A DNA stretch of 46,183 nucleotides from a virus (taxonomy: Duplodnaviria; Caudoviricetes). Location: positions 1 to 46,183 of IMG/VR virus record IMGVR_UViG_3300044854_000014, one strand, 5' to 3'. A program made the position numbers and the translations under genes. Each line of letters starts with the position of its first letter. Position 1 is the first letter of the stretch. The notes beneath the pieces were generated by a model. The model saw nothing but the letters and a program-made list of their open reading frames with translations, was not told the origin of the DNA and did not search any database. This document shows positions 28,410 to 37,677 of this stretch, piece after piece.

Positions 28410-28958
28410 ATGAGCTGGGAGCCATACCGCGTCATCACCGACCTGGAGGCGCTCGTGGAAGGGTTCTGGGACCGCATCGACGATCTCAACACCACGCTCG
28501 AGCAGATCGAGATGGCCGGCGGCATGGCCAAGGGCCAGCTTCAGAAGGCGCTTACCGCCAACCCGGGCAAGCACGTGTCCAGGCCGCGCGATCACCGCCG
28601 CGCCAGCAACAAGCGCAATTTCGGGTGGGAAAGTCTCGGCAAGGCCCTCAAGGGCACAGGCCTTGCGCTCGTGCTCGTGGTGGACGATGATCGCTTCGCC
28701 GATACCAAGAGCCAGCTGATGCAACGCAAGCGGCCCCGGCAAACTTCCGATCGGAAGTCGAGCCGTCCACCGTGGCTGCTGACGCCTGCGAAGTCCCGTA
28801 AATTGCTGGCTCTGCGAAACGCGAAGCTGAGTCCAGCCAAGCGAAAAGCTATTGCTCGGAAAGCCGGTAAAGCGAGCGCAAAGGCGCGGCGCCGCAAATC
28901 AAAACCGGCCGTTTGCCTCCCAATTAGCGCGGCCGCACCGTGCGCTGCCACAGCTTGA
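28410..28958 (+). CDS. Putative DNA-binding protein (XRE-like N-terminus, basic C-tail)
   Basis: TLEQIEMAGGMAKGQLQK...SLGKALKGTGLALVLV, then LSPAKRKAIARKAGKAS. Confidence 0.6.
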   Translation: MSWEPYRVITDLEALVEGFWDRIDDLNTTLEQIEMAGGMAKGQLQKALTANPGKHVSRPRDHRRASNKRNFGWESLGKALKGTGLALVLVVDDDRFADTKSQLMQRKRPRQTSDRKSSRPPWLLTPAKSRKLLALRNAKLSPAKRKAIARKAGKASAKARRRKSKPAVCLPISAAAPCAATA

Positions 28959-29145
28959 CTAGCACGGCCTCGCGCGCGGCCTCAGTGTCGATTTCCCGCG
29001 CCCAATGCTGGACCAGCTGTCGAGACACTCCGGCCAAGCTGGCAGCCTCCGCCTTGGTGATCAGGCCGAGGGCCAATAGACGCAGCGCGGCTCCCTTTGC
29101 AATCTGTTGCTTCGTGGTATCTTCGGAAAGCTGTCTCGGAGCCAT
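28924..29145 (-). CDS. HTH protein (paralog A)
   Basis: TKAEAASLAGVSRQLVQHW. Confidence 0.7.
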   Translation of the reverse strand: MAPRQLSEDTTKQQIAKGAALRLLALGLITKAEAASLAGVSRQLVQHWAREIDTEAAREAVLVKLWQRTVRPR

Positions 29146-29214
29146 GGTTTGCCTTTAGGGCTATGGTGATGGGCGGCAAGGCCCCGCTGGCGCCAACCGG
29201 CGGGGCCACTCGTT

Positions 29215-29427
29215 TCAGGCCACAAAGCCCATCGCGATCGTGCTGTCGACCACGTCATGATCGGTGATTGCCTGCCCCATGAACTCATGGGTTGCGACGT
29301 AGCGCAGGCGGACCTGCTCGCCCTTGGAATTGTAGGTCTTGAGGATGTCGACGATCGTGCAGAGGCACGGATGCTTGCCGCGGGTCTTGAACTGCTGGCC
29401 GATCTGAAAGCGGGGTTCGATGGTCAT
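29215..29427 (-). CDS. Hypothetical protein
   Basis: MTIEPRFQIGQQFKTRGK...; SD gagg. Confidence 0.6.
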   Translation of the reverse strand: MTIEPRFQIGQQFKTRGKHPCLCTIVDILKTYNSKGEQVRLRYVATHEFMGQAITDHDVVDSTIAMGFVA

Positions 29428-29568
29428 GGGAGCCTCTAGGTTGTTGTCCCGGTGGCGCCAACCACCGTTTGACAAGGATCAATCTAGCGTCGATTTGACG
29501 AAAGTAAAGCGGATTGTAATCACGTATTGTTACAAAAGTAAAATGGCGATGCTGCACGCCATGGCAAA

Positions 29569-29799
29569 TCATCTGGGAGTGTTGCGCCACAGGTAGGCGC
29601 CGCAAGCGCTGCACTTGAGGTTTGCTGACCTGAGCCGCTTGAGCGTGGTTTCCACAGCCCCGTCATGATCGCACGAGGGGCAAGTCAGAAACCACAGCCG
29701 CACCTCGTTCCATTTGCGGTGTGCGGCGCGCTTCCGCCGGTCAATCCGCTCCCGCTCGGATTGATCCAGCCACCTTTCCACCTGGCTGCGTGTTCGCAC
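29569..29799 (-). CDS. Zinc-ribbon protein
   Basis: CPSC...CSAC. Confidence 0.55.
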   Translation of the reverse strand: MRTRSQVERWLDQSERERIDRRKRAAHRKWNEVRLWFLTCPSCDHDGAVETTLKRLRSANLKCSACGAYLWRNTPR

Positions 29800-30082
29800 G
29801 ATTGAACCTTTTCACTGCCCTTTCGAGCTCTCGCCGGATCTCCGCCTTGCTCGGCTTGCGGCGGATCGCGCGGGCCTCGAGCTGGCGCTGAGCGATTGTT
29901 CGCTGCTTTGCGATGAAGGCCAGCCGGTGCGCTTCGATGTCTATTCCTTCGGCCCTCAGCCATTTCGTGATCGCTTGGCGCGACGCATCGCAGATCAGCG
30001 TTGCCTCGTGCACTGACACGATCTCGCCGCGCCGAAACAGCGTCACGATGTGCGATCGAAGTGGATGACGAGCCGGCGCCAT
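29741..30082 (-). CDS. HTH protein (paralog B)
   Basis: SVHEATLICDASRQAITKW; preceded by a minus-strand late motif. Confidence 0.65.
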   Translation of the reverse strand: MAPARHPLRSHIVTLFRRGEIVSVHEATLICDASRQAITKWLRAEGIDIEAHRLAFIAKQRTIAQRQLEARAIRRKPSKAEIRRELERAVKRFNRANTQPGGKVAGSIRAGAD

Positions 30083-30119
30083 AGTTGACGCAAGGTGTAA
30101 ACTATCGATTTTTACCTTC

Positions 30120-30130
30120 CAACGCACCGC
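30120..30130 (-). promoter_or_regulatory. Late-promoter motif (copy 3, minus strand)
   Basis: caacgcaccgc is the reverse complement of GCGGTGCGTTG; 48 nt from ATG 30082. Confidence 0.7.
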
Positions 30131-30528
30131 GCTCGAATCGCCCCATCATCAGCCATCAGCACATATTGAAATCATTGAACTAATCAGCCCGATTTGACAG
30201 CCGCCGCAAATCAGGTGCAATCTCTCGCGCATCCCCCGCCCGTCCGCGTTTTCCTTCCGCAGCGAGACCTGCGAGCGAGGACCGCTGACGAGCGCAAGCG
30301 CGAGGATGCACCATCCCCATGAGTACTGCTGCAATCCTCAGCCTCGCTGCCCTCTGGCTCGTCACCAGGCGCATCCGCTCAGCCCGCCGCCGCCAGCACG
30401 GTCTCACGGCAGCTGCACAGCTGGACAGCAGCACAAGCGGGTGATTGACCTCGTCTGCCAGACACGCTGGCTAACATGGAGGCAGCCTCCGTTTATCTGC
30501 CTGGCACATGACTGACACAGACTGCTGC

Positions 30529-30771
30529 TAAGCTATTGATATTGCTGATGTCACGCTCCCCTGATCAGGGACATGCTCGCTGTTGCTGAATGAGCGATGC
30601 TCGGTGCAACGGAAGCGCTGGCGAAACGAAACGCTGATTAATCAAGGGCTTAGACGGAAAGAATCCGGCCGGCCAGGGGGTGGGGGAAAATATCCAGCTC
30701 CGGCCTAATATCGACCTACCCTCCCTCTTTCGCGGCCCTGTCCTGAAAAGGTGTTGCATATCAGCAACTTA
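30529..30771. promoter_or_regulatory. Cluster of IHF-consensus sites upstream of terS
   Basis: WATCAANNNNTTR matches at 30529-41 (minus strand) and 30640-52; a one-mismatch copy at 30759-71. Confidence 0.55.
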
Positions 30772-30805
30772 TGTCTGTGGGCAGGTTTGTGGCTGTGGTG
30801 GGCTC

Positions 30806-30835
30806 GCGGTGCGTTGTTCGCGGTAACAGTTACCG
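30806..30835 (+). promoter_or_regulatory. Late-promoter motif (copy 4) with palindrome CGGTAACaGTTACCG
   Basis: Motif 45 nt before the terS ATG; perfect 7-1-7 palindrome at 30821-30835. Confidence 0.75.
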
Positions 30836-30850
30836 GCACCTTCCTGGACC

Positions 30851-31417
30851 ATGGATTTTGCGGAACTTGAGCTTGGACCGAAGATGCAGGCCTGCAGCGA
30901 GCGGGAGCGGCTGTTCGTCTGGCACTACGTCACGGGTGATGACGGGAATGCTACGGAGGCGGCGCGGCTGGCTGGGTATGCGGATGGAGGTTCTGGCGTC
31001 GGTATTCGGGTCAGGGCGCATGCCCTGATGCACCGGGAGCGGGTTTTGGAGGCGATCGAGGAGGTTGCCGGGAAGGCGTTCCGCGGGCTGCTGGCGCCGG
31101 CGATCAGGGCGACGAAGCGGATCATTGAGAGCCCGAAGGACGTCAACCACGCGAAGGTGGTGCTGTCGACGCTGTCGCGACTTGGCAAGAGCGAGCGGAC
31201 CGGGATCGACGTCAACCATACCGGCGAGCTCACGGTCAACCATACGGATCAGGCGCTGACGGACCTGCGGACGCTGATCGGGTTGGGTGTGAACAGGGAG
31301 AAGCTGGTGGAGATCTTCGGGTTCTCCGGGCTTTCCCGGTACGAGAAGATGCTGGCGGAGCAGGACGCGCGGGCGCCGAAAGTGATTGAACATCGCGCGC
31401 AGGAGCAGAGCGAATGA
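30851..31417 (+). CDS. terS: Terminase small subunit
   Basis: RERLFVWHYV...GNATEAARLAGY HTH; upstream of terL. Confidence 0.85.
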   Translation: MDFAELELGPKMQACSERERLFVWHYVTGDDGNATEAARLAGYADGGSGVGIRVRAHALMHRERVLEAIEEVAGKAFRGLLAPAIRATKRIIESPKDVNHAKVVLSTLSRLGKSERTGIDVNHTGELTVNHTDQALTDLRTLIGLGVNREKLVEIFGFSGLSRYEKMLAEQDARAPKVIEHRAQEQSE

Positions 31418-31662
31418 GGATGGTTGTCGGGCTGGTGGCGCTCCTTGCGGTGAGCGGGGTTGATGCGGCTGAGATCACGCTGAAGGTCTCGGAGGCGGAT
31501 CAGGCGGCGCTGGGGATGCTGCCGGGCGCGGTTGATGCGTGCGTGGCGGGGCTGCAGCTGCGCGGTGATGCGCAGATGTGCAAGGCGATTGCGACGTTCG
31601 CGACGGATTTCGTGGCGAAGGTACGGGCGGCCGCGCCGGCGGCTGAGCCGGAGAAGAAATGA
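31414..31662 (+). CDS. Small exported protein with a Cys pair
   Basis: Signal peptide MRMVVGLVALLAVSGVDA|AE; two Cys residues. Confidence 0.55.
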   Translation: MRMVVGLVALLAVSGVDAAEITLKVSEADQAALGMLPGAVDACVAGLQLRGDAQMCKAIATFATDFVAKVRAAAPAAEPEKK

Positions 31663-31856
31663 CCGCGGAGATCGTCGCCTTCCCGGTCAAGACGGCGCCA
31701 ACCGGAAACGGCGCGCGCGAGGCGCTGATAGCGATCGAGGTGACGCCGAATGCGACGGGGCTGACTTGGTCGGATTGGCTGCTCGCCGAGCTCTGGTTGC
31801 GCGGCTTCAAGGTCGTGCCGCTGGATGGCGTCGACGATCTGTGGCCGGCACCGTGA
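31659..31856 (+). CDS. Hypothetical protein
   Basis: Coupled ORF between terS and terL. Confidence 0.55.
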   Translation: MTAEIVAFPVKTAPTGNGAREALIAIEVTPNATGLTWSDWLLAELWLRGFKVVPLDGVDDLWPAP

Positions 31857-33370
31857 CCGAAACTCCTGAAGAAGGGCCGGACCCGAACGACGTCCGCCGG
31901 CACGCCAAGAAGCTCTACACCGAGATGCAGTACCGGCAGAAATACCGGCGGCTGGATTTCTACATGCCGAACTTCAAGCAGGAGGAATTCCACAACCTGC
32001 GGGTTTCGGAGAAGATGCTGCGGGCCGGCAACCAGCAGGGCAAGACGCACGCGACGGCGGCTGAGGATGCGATGCACGCGATCGCGTTCTATCCGGATTG
32101 GTTCAAGGGACGGAAGTTTCTGACGCCACCAAAGATCGAACGGCCGTATGAGTTCGTCGGCTGGTACGGCTGCACCACGTCTGGCATGACGCGCGACGGC
32201 GTGCAGACCAAGCTTCTCGGCGACATCAGGACACCCGGCGGGCTCGGGACCGGCATGATCCCGCTGGACAACATTGTCGGCCGCCCGACCATGGCGCGCG
32301 GCATCGCTGATTTCGTCGACACGATCAACATCCTGCGCGAGACCGGCGGCAAGGCGGTGTTTCGCGGCAAGACCTTTGAGATGGGCCGCGAGGCGTGGCA
32401 GGTCGAGGCGGTCGACCTGATCCACGGCGACGAGGATCCGGGCGACTTCGAAGTCTACAGCGAGTGCCAGGCGCGGCTGACCACGACGCGGGGAATGATC
32501 ATCTGGTCGATGACCCCCGTGATCGGCGCGACACCGGTGCGCAAGCATTTCAAGAACAAGACCGAGGGCACCGAAGAAGTACTGATGACGATCTGGGACG
32601 CCGCGGTATCGAAGCGCGGGCACATCCCGGATGAGGACATTCCGGGCATCATCAAGCGCTACGGATCGAAGGCGGCCACGCGCGCCTATGGCGCCGACAT
32701 GCAGGGGCAGGGCGCGGTGTTCGAAACCGATCAGGCCCTGATCAAGCACAAACTGCGGCCGATGGCGGTGCCGGAATATTGGCCATGGCTGTGGGCGCTA
32801 GACCTCAGGCACTCCGGGCAGGAGTCGGGCGGCCATCCGTTCGCCGCGGTGCTGATGACCTGGGACCGGGACAACGACGTGGTCTACGTCATGGACGGCT
32901 TCCGGATGTTCGGCATGGCCGCGAACCATGTGGCGCGCATCAAGGAAAACCCGATGTGGCGGGCGCCGGTGGCTTGGCCGCATGACGGCGGCACGGGCGC
33001 CGGCGTGCAGACCAACGACACGGTGGCGAAGGTCTACCGCAAGCTCGGGCTGAACATGCTGCCCACGCACGCGACGTTCCCGGAGGGTGGCTACAACACC
33101 GAGGCCGGCGTCACGATCATGGAGGAGCGCTTCGCCGCCAAGAAACTGCTGGTGGCCGAGCACCTGTTCGAGTGGTTCGACGAATATGCCGGCTATCACC
33201 GGAAGGACGGCAAGATCGTCAAGGTCGATGATGACCTGATGAGCGCCACGAGAGTCGGGTGCATGGACCTGCGCAGGGCGAAGACGGTCGAGGCATTTCG
33301 CGGCTACGCGACCGCGGCACCCGTGCCGATCGCCCCGGGCACGGATTTCGACGTGTTCACGGGGCAGTAG
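31853..33370 (+). CDS. terL: Terminase large subunit (P22 gp2-like)
   Basis: Walker A AGNQQGKT, Walker B IHGDE, MTP coupling motif, and nuclease motifs ALD, WPHDG and DDLMSATR. Confidence 0.95.
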   Translation: MTETPEEGPDPNDVRRHAKKLYTEMQYRQKYRRLDFYMPNFKQEEFHNLRVSEKMLRAGNQQGKTHATAAEDAMHAIAFYPDWFKGRKFLTPPKIERPYEFVGWYGCTTSGMTRDGVQTKLLGDIRTPGGLGTGMIPLDNIVGRPTMARGIADFVDTINILRETGGKAVFRGKTFEMGREAWQVEAVDLIHGDEDPGDFEVYSECQARLTTTRGMIIWSMTPVIGATPVRKHFKNKTEGTEEVLMTIWDAAVSKRGHIPDEDIPGIIKRYGSKAATRAYGADMQGQGAVFETDQALIKHKLRPMAVPEYWPWLWALDLRHSGQESGGHPFAAVLMTWDRDNDVVYVMDGFRMFGMAANHVARIKENPMWRAPVAWPHDGGTGAGVQTNDTVAKVYRKLGLNMLPTHATFPEGGYNTEAGVTIMEERFAAKKLLVAEHLFEWFDEYAGYHRKDGKIVKVDDDLMSATRVGCMDLRRAKTVEAFRGYATAAPVPIAPGTDFDVFTGQ

Positions 33371-33506
33371 TCTCGCGGCTCTCCTAAGCCCTGGGCAAGA
33401 GGGGGAGACGGGGGTGCCCTTTCGTGACCTGGGCTGCCTTGCCGCTCCCAAGCCCTACTAGTTGCCGGACGTTTCCGCCGCCGCGAGACCGCGAAGCCAT
33501 ATCACA

Positions 33507-33517
33507 GCGGTGCGTTG
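33507..33517 (+). promoter_or_regulatory. Late-promoter motif (copy 5)
   Basis: 44 nt before ATG 33551. Confidence 0.75.
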
Positions 33518-33550
33518 CTGGCCAGCCGCGTCACGCACACGTTCCCGGCC

Positions 33551-33742
33551 ATGGCGATGACAGGATCAGCGGTGCTTGATCTCGGGCTCGGCGGCCTGCA
33601 GGACCAGGTCGCGACCGAATCCGAGGAGGAGCGCAAGAAGCGGATGGCCGAGATGCAGCAGCAGAAGCTGCTCGGCCCGTCCGGCTCGCTGGCCGTCACG
33701 AACCTGTTCGCGCCCCGCGGAGGCACCAGTGTCGGCTACTAG
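33551..33742 (+). CDS. Small hypothetical virion-module protein
   Basis: Follows the late motif; upstream of the portal. Confidence 0.6.
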   Translation: MAMTGSAVLDLGLGGLQDQVATESEEERKKRMAEMQQQKLLGPSGSLAVTNLFAPRGGTSVGY

Positions 33743-34202
33743 GCTGGAAAAACGCCTGGCTTTCGACCTGCGCTCGTCCTGGCAGTGCCGCGCGCTTGCG
33801 GGCACCGAGGGCAAGCTGCAGGCTGTCGTCATGTCGGTATTGGCACACAATTTCGACGAAGCGATGCCGGTGCTGATGCAGTTCGCCTTTCCAGGCTTCC
33901 GCCCCTGCCACGAGCCGCTCCGCCATGCGCTGCTGTGCTCGGCCGCGCGCGTCGACAAGGCGGGCCGGATCGTCGCCGACGTCGTCAGCCGCCACGGCGT
34001 CAAGACCAAGGATTTCGCGCTGTTCGAGTCCGAGCTGCAGATGCAGGGCGTCTTCCGGCGGCTCGCCGACATGATGAAGCTGGACGACCACGAGCGCATC
34101 GAGATGTTTCACGCCGTGCAGCGCTGGGTGGTCGCAGACCGCCGCCTCGACCCGACCATGGATCCCCGCGACCCCGACGCCAAACGCCTGACGGTGAATT
34201 GA
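33729..34202 (+). CDS. Hypothetical protein
   Basis: GTG start with SD ggagg; ends next to the portal start. Confidence 0.65.
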   Translation: MSATRLEKRLAFDLRSSWQCRALAGTEGKLQAVVMSVLAHNFDEAMPVLMQFAFPGFRPCHEPLRHALLCSAARVDKAGRIVADVVSRHGVKTKDFALFESELQMQGVFRRLADMMKLDDHERIEMFHAVQRWVVADRRLDPTMDPRDPDAKRLTVN

Positions 34203-35972
34203 TTGGCCGCGCCCGCAGCAGACGCACGCTCCTACGCCGATCCCTCGCCGCCGGCGAAGTCCGGGCGCGTCAACACGCCGCGCGAGGAAGCGATCGTGAC
34301 CGGCGTGCTGCGCGAGTTCTCGCAGTACCAGACCCGCCGCTCCATGTTCGCGATGCAATGGGAGGAGGTGGCGCAGCTCATCCTGCCGACCGCGCGCAAC
34401 ACGTTCTTCTACCAGACCTACAACACGCCAGGCCTGAAGAAGACGCAGCAGCAGGTCGACGCGACCGGCGCGCTGGCGCTGCACCGGTTCTGCGCAATCG
34501 CCGATTCCCTGGTGACGCCGCGCAACATGAAATGGCACGGGCTCACGGTCGACGAATACCTTCTGAAGGACCGCGCCACCCGGCTGTGGCTGGAGAGCAC
34601 GACGAACCTGCTGTTCAAGCAGCGCTACGCCGCAGAGGCCAACTTCCAGGCGCAGAATTACAACAAGTGGCAGTCCACCGGGGCGTTCGGCAATTCCACG
34701 ATCTATGTGGACAAGTTCGACAACCGGTGGCACGGCGGCACGCAGGGACTGCGCTACAAGGCCTGCCCGCTCGGCGAGACCTTCTTCGGCGAGAACCATC
34801 AGGGCAAGGTTGACCGGATGATCCGCTGGTTCCGGCTGACCGCCTATCAGGCCGTGCAGAAATGGGGCCGCGAGGCGCTGCCGGAGCAGCTGGTGCCTGC
34901 GCTGGAGAAGGATAGCCAGTGGGGCTATAGCTTCCTGCATTGCGTGAGACCGCGCGAGGACTATGACCCGGAGCGGCTCGACGCGCGCGCGATGCCGTTC
35001 AGCTCCTATTACGTCTCGGTCGAGGGCCGCTGTCTGATGGAGGAGGAGAGCGGCTACCGCCGTTTCCCCTACGCCGTCGATCGCTATGACCAAGCGCCCG
35101 GCGAGGTCGAGGGCCGCGGGCCGGCGCAGATCGTGCTGCCCAGCCTGAAGACGCTGAACGCGCAGAAGACCACCTTCCTGAAGCAGGGCCACCGCGCCGC
35201 CGACCCGGTGCTGCTGATCGCCGACGACGGCCTGGTCGGAATGGACCTGCGCCCTGGCGCGCAGAACAAGGGCGGCGTCACCTCGGACGGCCGGCCGCTG
35301 GTGCACACGCTGCCGACCGGCGACATCAAGATCACGATCGAGATGATGCAGGAGGAGCGCGGCATCGTCGACGACGTGTTCCTGACCAGCCTCATGAAGA
35401 CTCTGGTCGAGAACGCCAACATGAAGGCGACGCAGGTGATCCAGCTCGTCAACGAGCGCGCCATGCTGGTCGCGCCGACGCTGGGCCGCCAGCACACCGA
35501 ATACGTCGGCGGGCTGGTGCCGCGCGAGCTCGACCTGCTGTTCGAGATGGGCATGGTCGACCAGGTGCCGCCGGCGCTGGTCGAGGCGGCGCGCGGCCAG
35601 CGCCGCAATCTGCTGTCGCTGCTGCAGGTCACGGATACATCGCCGCTGGCCATGGCGGCCCAATCCAGCCAGTCGGCCGGCTTCTTCCAGACCCTGGAGC
35701 AGCTGCGCGAAGTCGTCAACGTCACGCAGGATCCGTCGTATCTCGACCGGCTCGACTTCGACGCTGCCATTCCTGAGATCGCCCGCAACCAGCTGGTGCC
35801 GGAACGGTGGCTCGCGAGCGACGACAAGGTCGCAGCCAAAGGCAAGGCGCGCGCCAAGGCCGCCGCGCAGAAGCAGGCGATCGACGCCGCGCCCGCGCAG
35901 GCCGCTATCATCAAGGCGCGCGCGGTCGCCGCGAAGTCCGGCGCGCTTGATCAGAACCAGGGTGCCGTGTGA
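34203..35972 (+). CDS. Portal (head-tail connector, T7 gp8/BPP-1-like)
   Basis: WEEVAQLILP, GAFGN, GRGPA...LPSLKTLN and MKATQV...ER...LG motifs; 589 aa. Confidence 0.92.
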   Translation: MAAPAADARSYADPSPPAKSGRVNTPREEAIVTGVLREFSQYQTRRSMFAMQWEEVAQLILPTARNTFFYQTYNTPGLKKTQQQVDATGALALHRFCAIADSLVTPRNMKWHGLTVDEYLLKDRATRLWLESTTNLLFKQRYAAEANFQAQNYNKWQSTGAFGNSTIYVDKFDNRWHGGTQGLRYKACPLGETFFGENHQGKVDRMIRWFRLTAYQAVQKWGREALPEQLVPALEKDSQWGYSFLHCVRPREDYDPERLDARAMPFSSYYVSVEGRCLMEEESGYRRFPYAVDRYDQAPGEVEGRGPAQIVLPSLKTLNAQKTTFLKQGHRAADPVLLIADDGLVGMDLRPGAQNKGGVTSDGRPLVHTLPTGDIKITIEMMQEERGIVDDVFLTSLMKTLVENANMKATQVIQLVNERAMLVAPTLGRQHTEYVGGLVPRELDLLFEMGMVDQVPPALVEAARGQRRNLLSLLQVTDTSPLAMAAQSSQSAGFFQTLEQLREVVNVTQDPSYLDRLDFDAAIPEIARNQLVPERWLASDDKVAAKGKARAKAAAQKQAIDAAPAQAAIIKARAVAAKSGALDQNQGAV

Positions 35973-36274
35973 CCGGCCTAGCCGCAGACAAAGCCCTCGA
36001 GGTCTTCACCGATTGCAAGCGCGCCTACCTGCTCGCGTTCAACACGGCGGCAGGGCAGGCGGTGCTCGCCGACCTCGCCAAGTTCTGCCGTGCCAACGAG
36101 AACGCCGCGGTGCCCGGCGACCACGACCGCACCTGGGCACTGATCGGCCGCCGCGAGGTCTATCTGTCGATCCGCGCCTATCTCGACCTGACGCCAGAAG
36201 AACTGGTCGCCAGATTTACCAGGCCCGCACAAGGAGCGATAAGCCATGACGACCGCGAAGCTTCCCCCGACTGA
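35969..36274 (+). CDS. Bbp19-like protein
   Basis: FNTAAGQAVLADLAKFC...GRREVYL.I; directly after the portal. Confidence 0.75.
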   Translation: MTGLAADKALEVFTDCKRAYLLAFNTAAGQAVLADLAKFCRANENAAVPGDHDRTWALIGRREVYLSIRAYLDLTPEELVARFTRPAQGAISHDDREASPD

Positions 36275-37169
36275 TCACCTCCATTTCAACTATCACACCG
36301 GCCGTCCGCGCATGCATTTCGATGGCGGCGCCGACGGCGCTGCTGCTTCGGCTGCTGCCGCCGCGGCCGCTGCTGCCGCCGCAGCTGCTCAGAAACCATG
36401 GCATGACGGCGTCGAGCCGGAGATCCTCGGCCATTGGCAGAACAAGGGCTGGAAGGTCGACGATCCCCGCGAGATCGCGCTGGCGGCCACGAAGCAGGCC
36501 CGCGAGGCTGAACGTCATTTCGGCGTGCCGGTCGACCGGCTGCTGAAGCTGCCTGACGCCACGGCCAAGCCGGAGGACTGGGCCCCGGTCTATCAGCGGC
36601 TCGGCGCTCCGAAGGAGGCCAAGGAATACGACTTCGCCGGCATCAAGTTCGCTGGCGCCGACCTGGAGAACGACTTCGCCGAGGCAATGCGCAACAGCCT
36701 GTTCGCCGCCGCCGTGCCGAAGGACAAGGCCAATGCGATCGTTTCCGGCATCGTCAAGTACATGGAGGACGCCGACGCCGCGGAGACCACCATCGCCGCT
36801 GGCAAGGTCGCCGAGGAGAAGGCCGCGCTGGCGCAGAACTGGGGCGCCAAGTTCGACTTCAACATGGTCCAGGCGCAGGAGGGCGTGAAGCGCTCCGGCA
36901 TCACCCCGGAAGCGGTCAAGGCGTTGGAAGGCCAGATCGGCTACGCGGCTGTGATGGAGCATTTCCGCAAGATCGGCGCCGCTACCAACGAGTCGGTCTT
37001 CCACGAGGGCGGCAGCGGCAACGGCGTTCACACCGTGGCCGGCGCGCAGGCTCGCCTCGCCGAGCTCGAGGCCGACAAGGGCTGGGGCAAGAAGTTCAAG
37101 GCAGGCGATGCCACGGCACGCGCCGAATGGGCATCGCTGCAGGCCATCATCAACGCCACAGCCGCATAA
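36246..37169 (+). CDS. Capsid scaffolding protein
   Basis: Ala-rich N-terminus, YQRLGAP..Y.F and L.Q.WG..FD.N motifs; between portal and MCP. Confidence 0.8.
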   Translation: MTTAKLPPTDHLHFNYHTGRPRMHFDGGADGAAASAAAAAAAAAAAAAQKPWHDGVEPEILGHWQNKGWKVDDPREIALAATKQAREAERHFGVPVDRLLKLPDATAKPEDWAPVYQRLGAPKEAKEYDFAGIKFAGADLENDFAEAMRNSLFAAAVPKDKANAIVSGIVKYMEDADAAETTIAAGKVAEEKAALAQNWGAKFDFNMVQAQEGVKRSGITPEAVKALEGQIGYAAVMEHFRKIGAATNESVFHEGGSGNGVHTVAGAQARLAELEADKGWGKKFKAGDATARAEWASLQAIINATAA

Positions 37170-37178
37170 GGAGCCGAC

Positions 37179-37505
37179 ATGACCGACATCAGCATCGTGG
37201 AAGACGAAGCCGAGAAGCCCGCCAAGACCCGCAAGCCGGCGAAGAAGCGCGCCAAGCCCGCGAAGAAGGCGGATGCGCCGAAGCGCGTCCCGGCACCTCC
37301 CGGCTCACCGCTGGCCGGGCTGACCGCGCTTGACTGCGCCTCCGGCTGCACGGCGACGTGCTGCGCCATCTCCGGCGTCGGCATCTGCGCGCATCCGGCC
37401 AAGGGCGGGCTGCAGCCGAACCTGCAGAACGACAAGAGCATGCGCCTCTACAACCAGGCCAAGCAGATCATCGCCGGCCTCAAGCTGAAGATCGGTCAGA
37501 CATGA
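37179..37505 (+). CDS. Lys-rich, Cys-cluster hypothetical protein
   Basis: KPAKK repeats; CASGCTATCC...ICAH. Confidence 0.65.
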   Translation: MTDISIVEDEAEKPAKTRKPAKKRAKPAKKADAPKRVPAPPGSPLAGLTALDCASGCTATCCAISGVGICAHPAKGGLQPNLQNDKSMRLYNQAKQIIAGLKLKIGQT

Positions 37506-37677
37506 GGATGGAGCTTTGCCGGGCGACCGAGGGCACGCATTTCGTGGTCGTGATCCGGAGCGAGAAGGGAGACGGCATCGCCGTTCCCCTCTCGCAGCAG
37601 CTCACCAACCAGCTCGAGGTCATGCTGCTGGTCGAGGGTATCAGCACCATGGTTCTGCCCGTCACGGAAAGGAGCAG

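Noticed and set aside
30638-30653. CtrA box (TTAA-N7-TTAA)
   Set aside because: Spacing and second half-site do not fit; the IHF consensus fits exactly.
33696-35663. Long antisense and alternative-frame ORFs (also 1405-3042, 8746-9960, 31475-32749, 37977-39146)
   Set aside because: Shadow ORFs of high-GC coding sequence with no motifs or RBS.
36337-36390. Poly-Ala GCN repeat as a contingency locus
   Set aside because: Mixed codons encoding a low-complexity scaffold linker.
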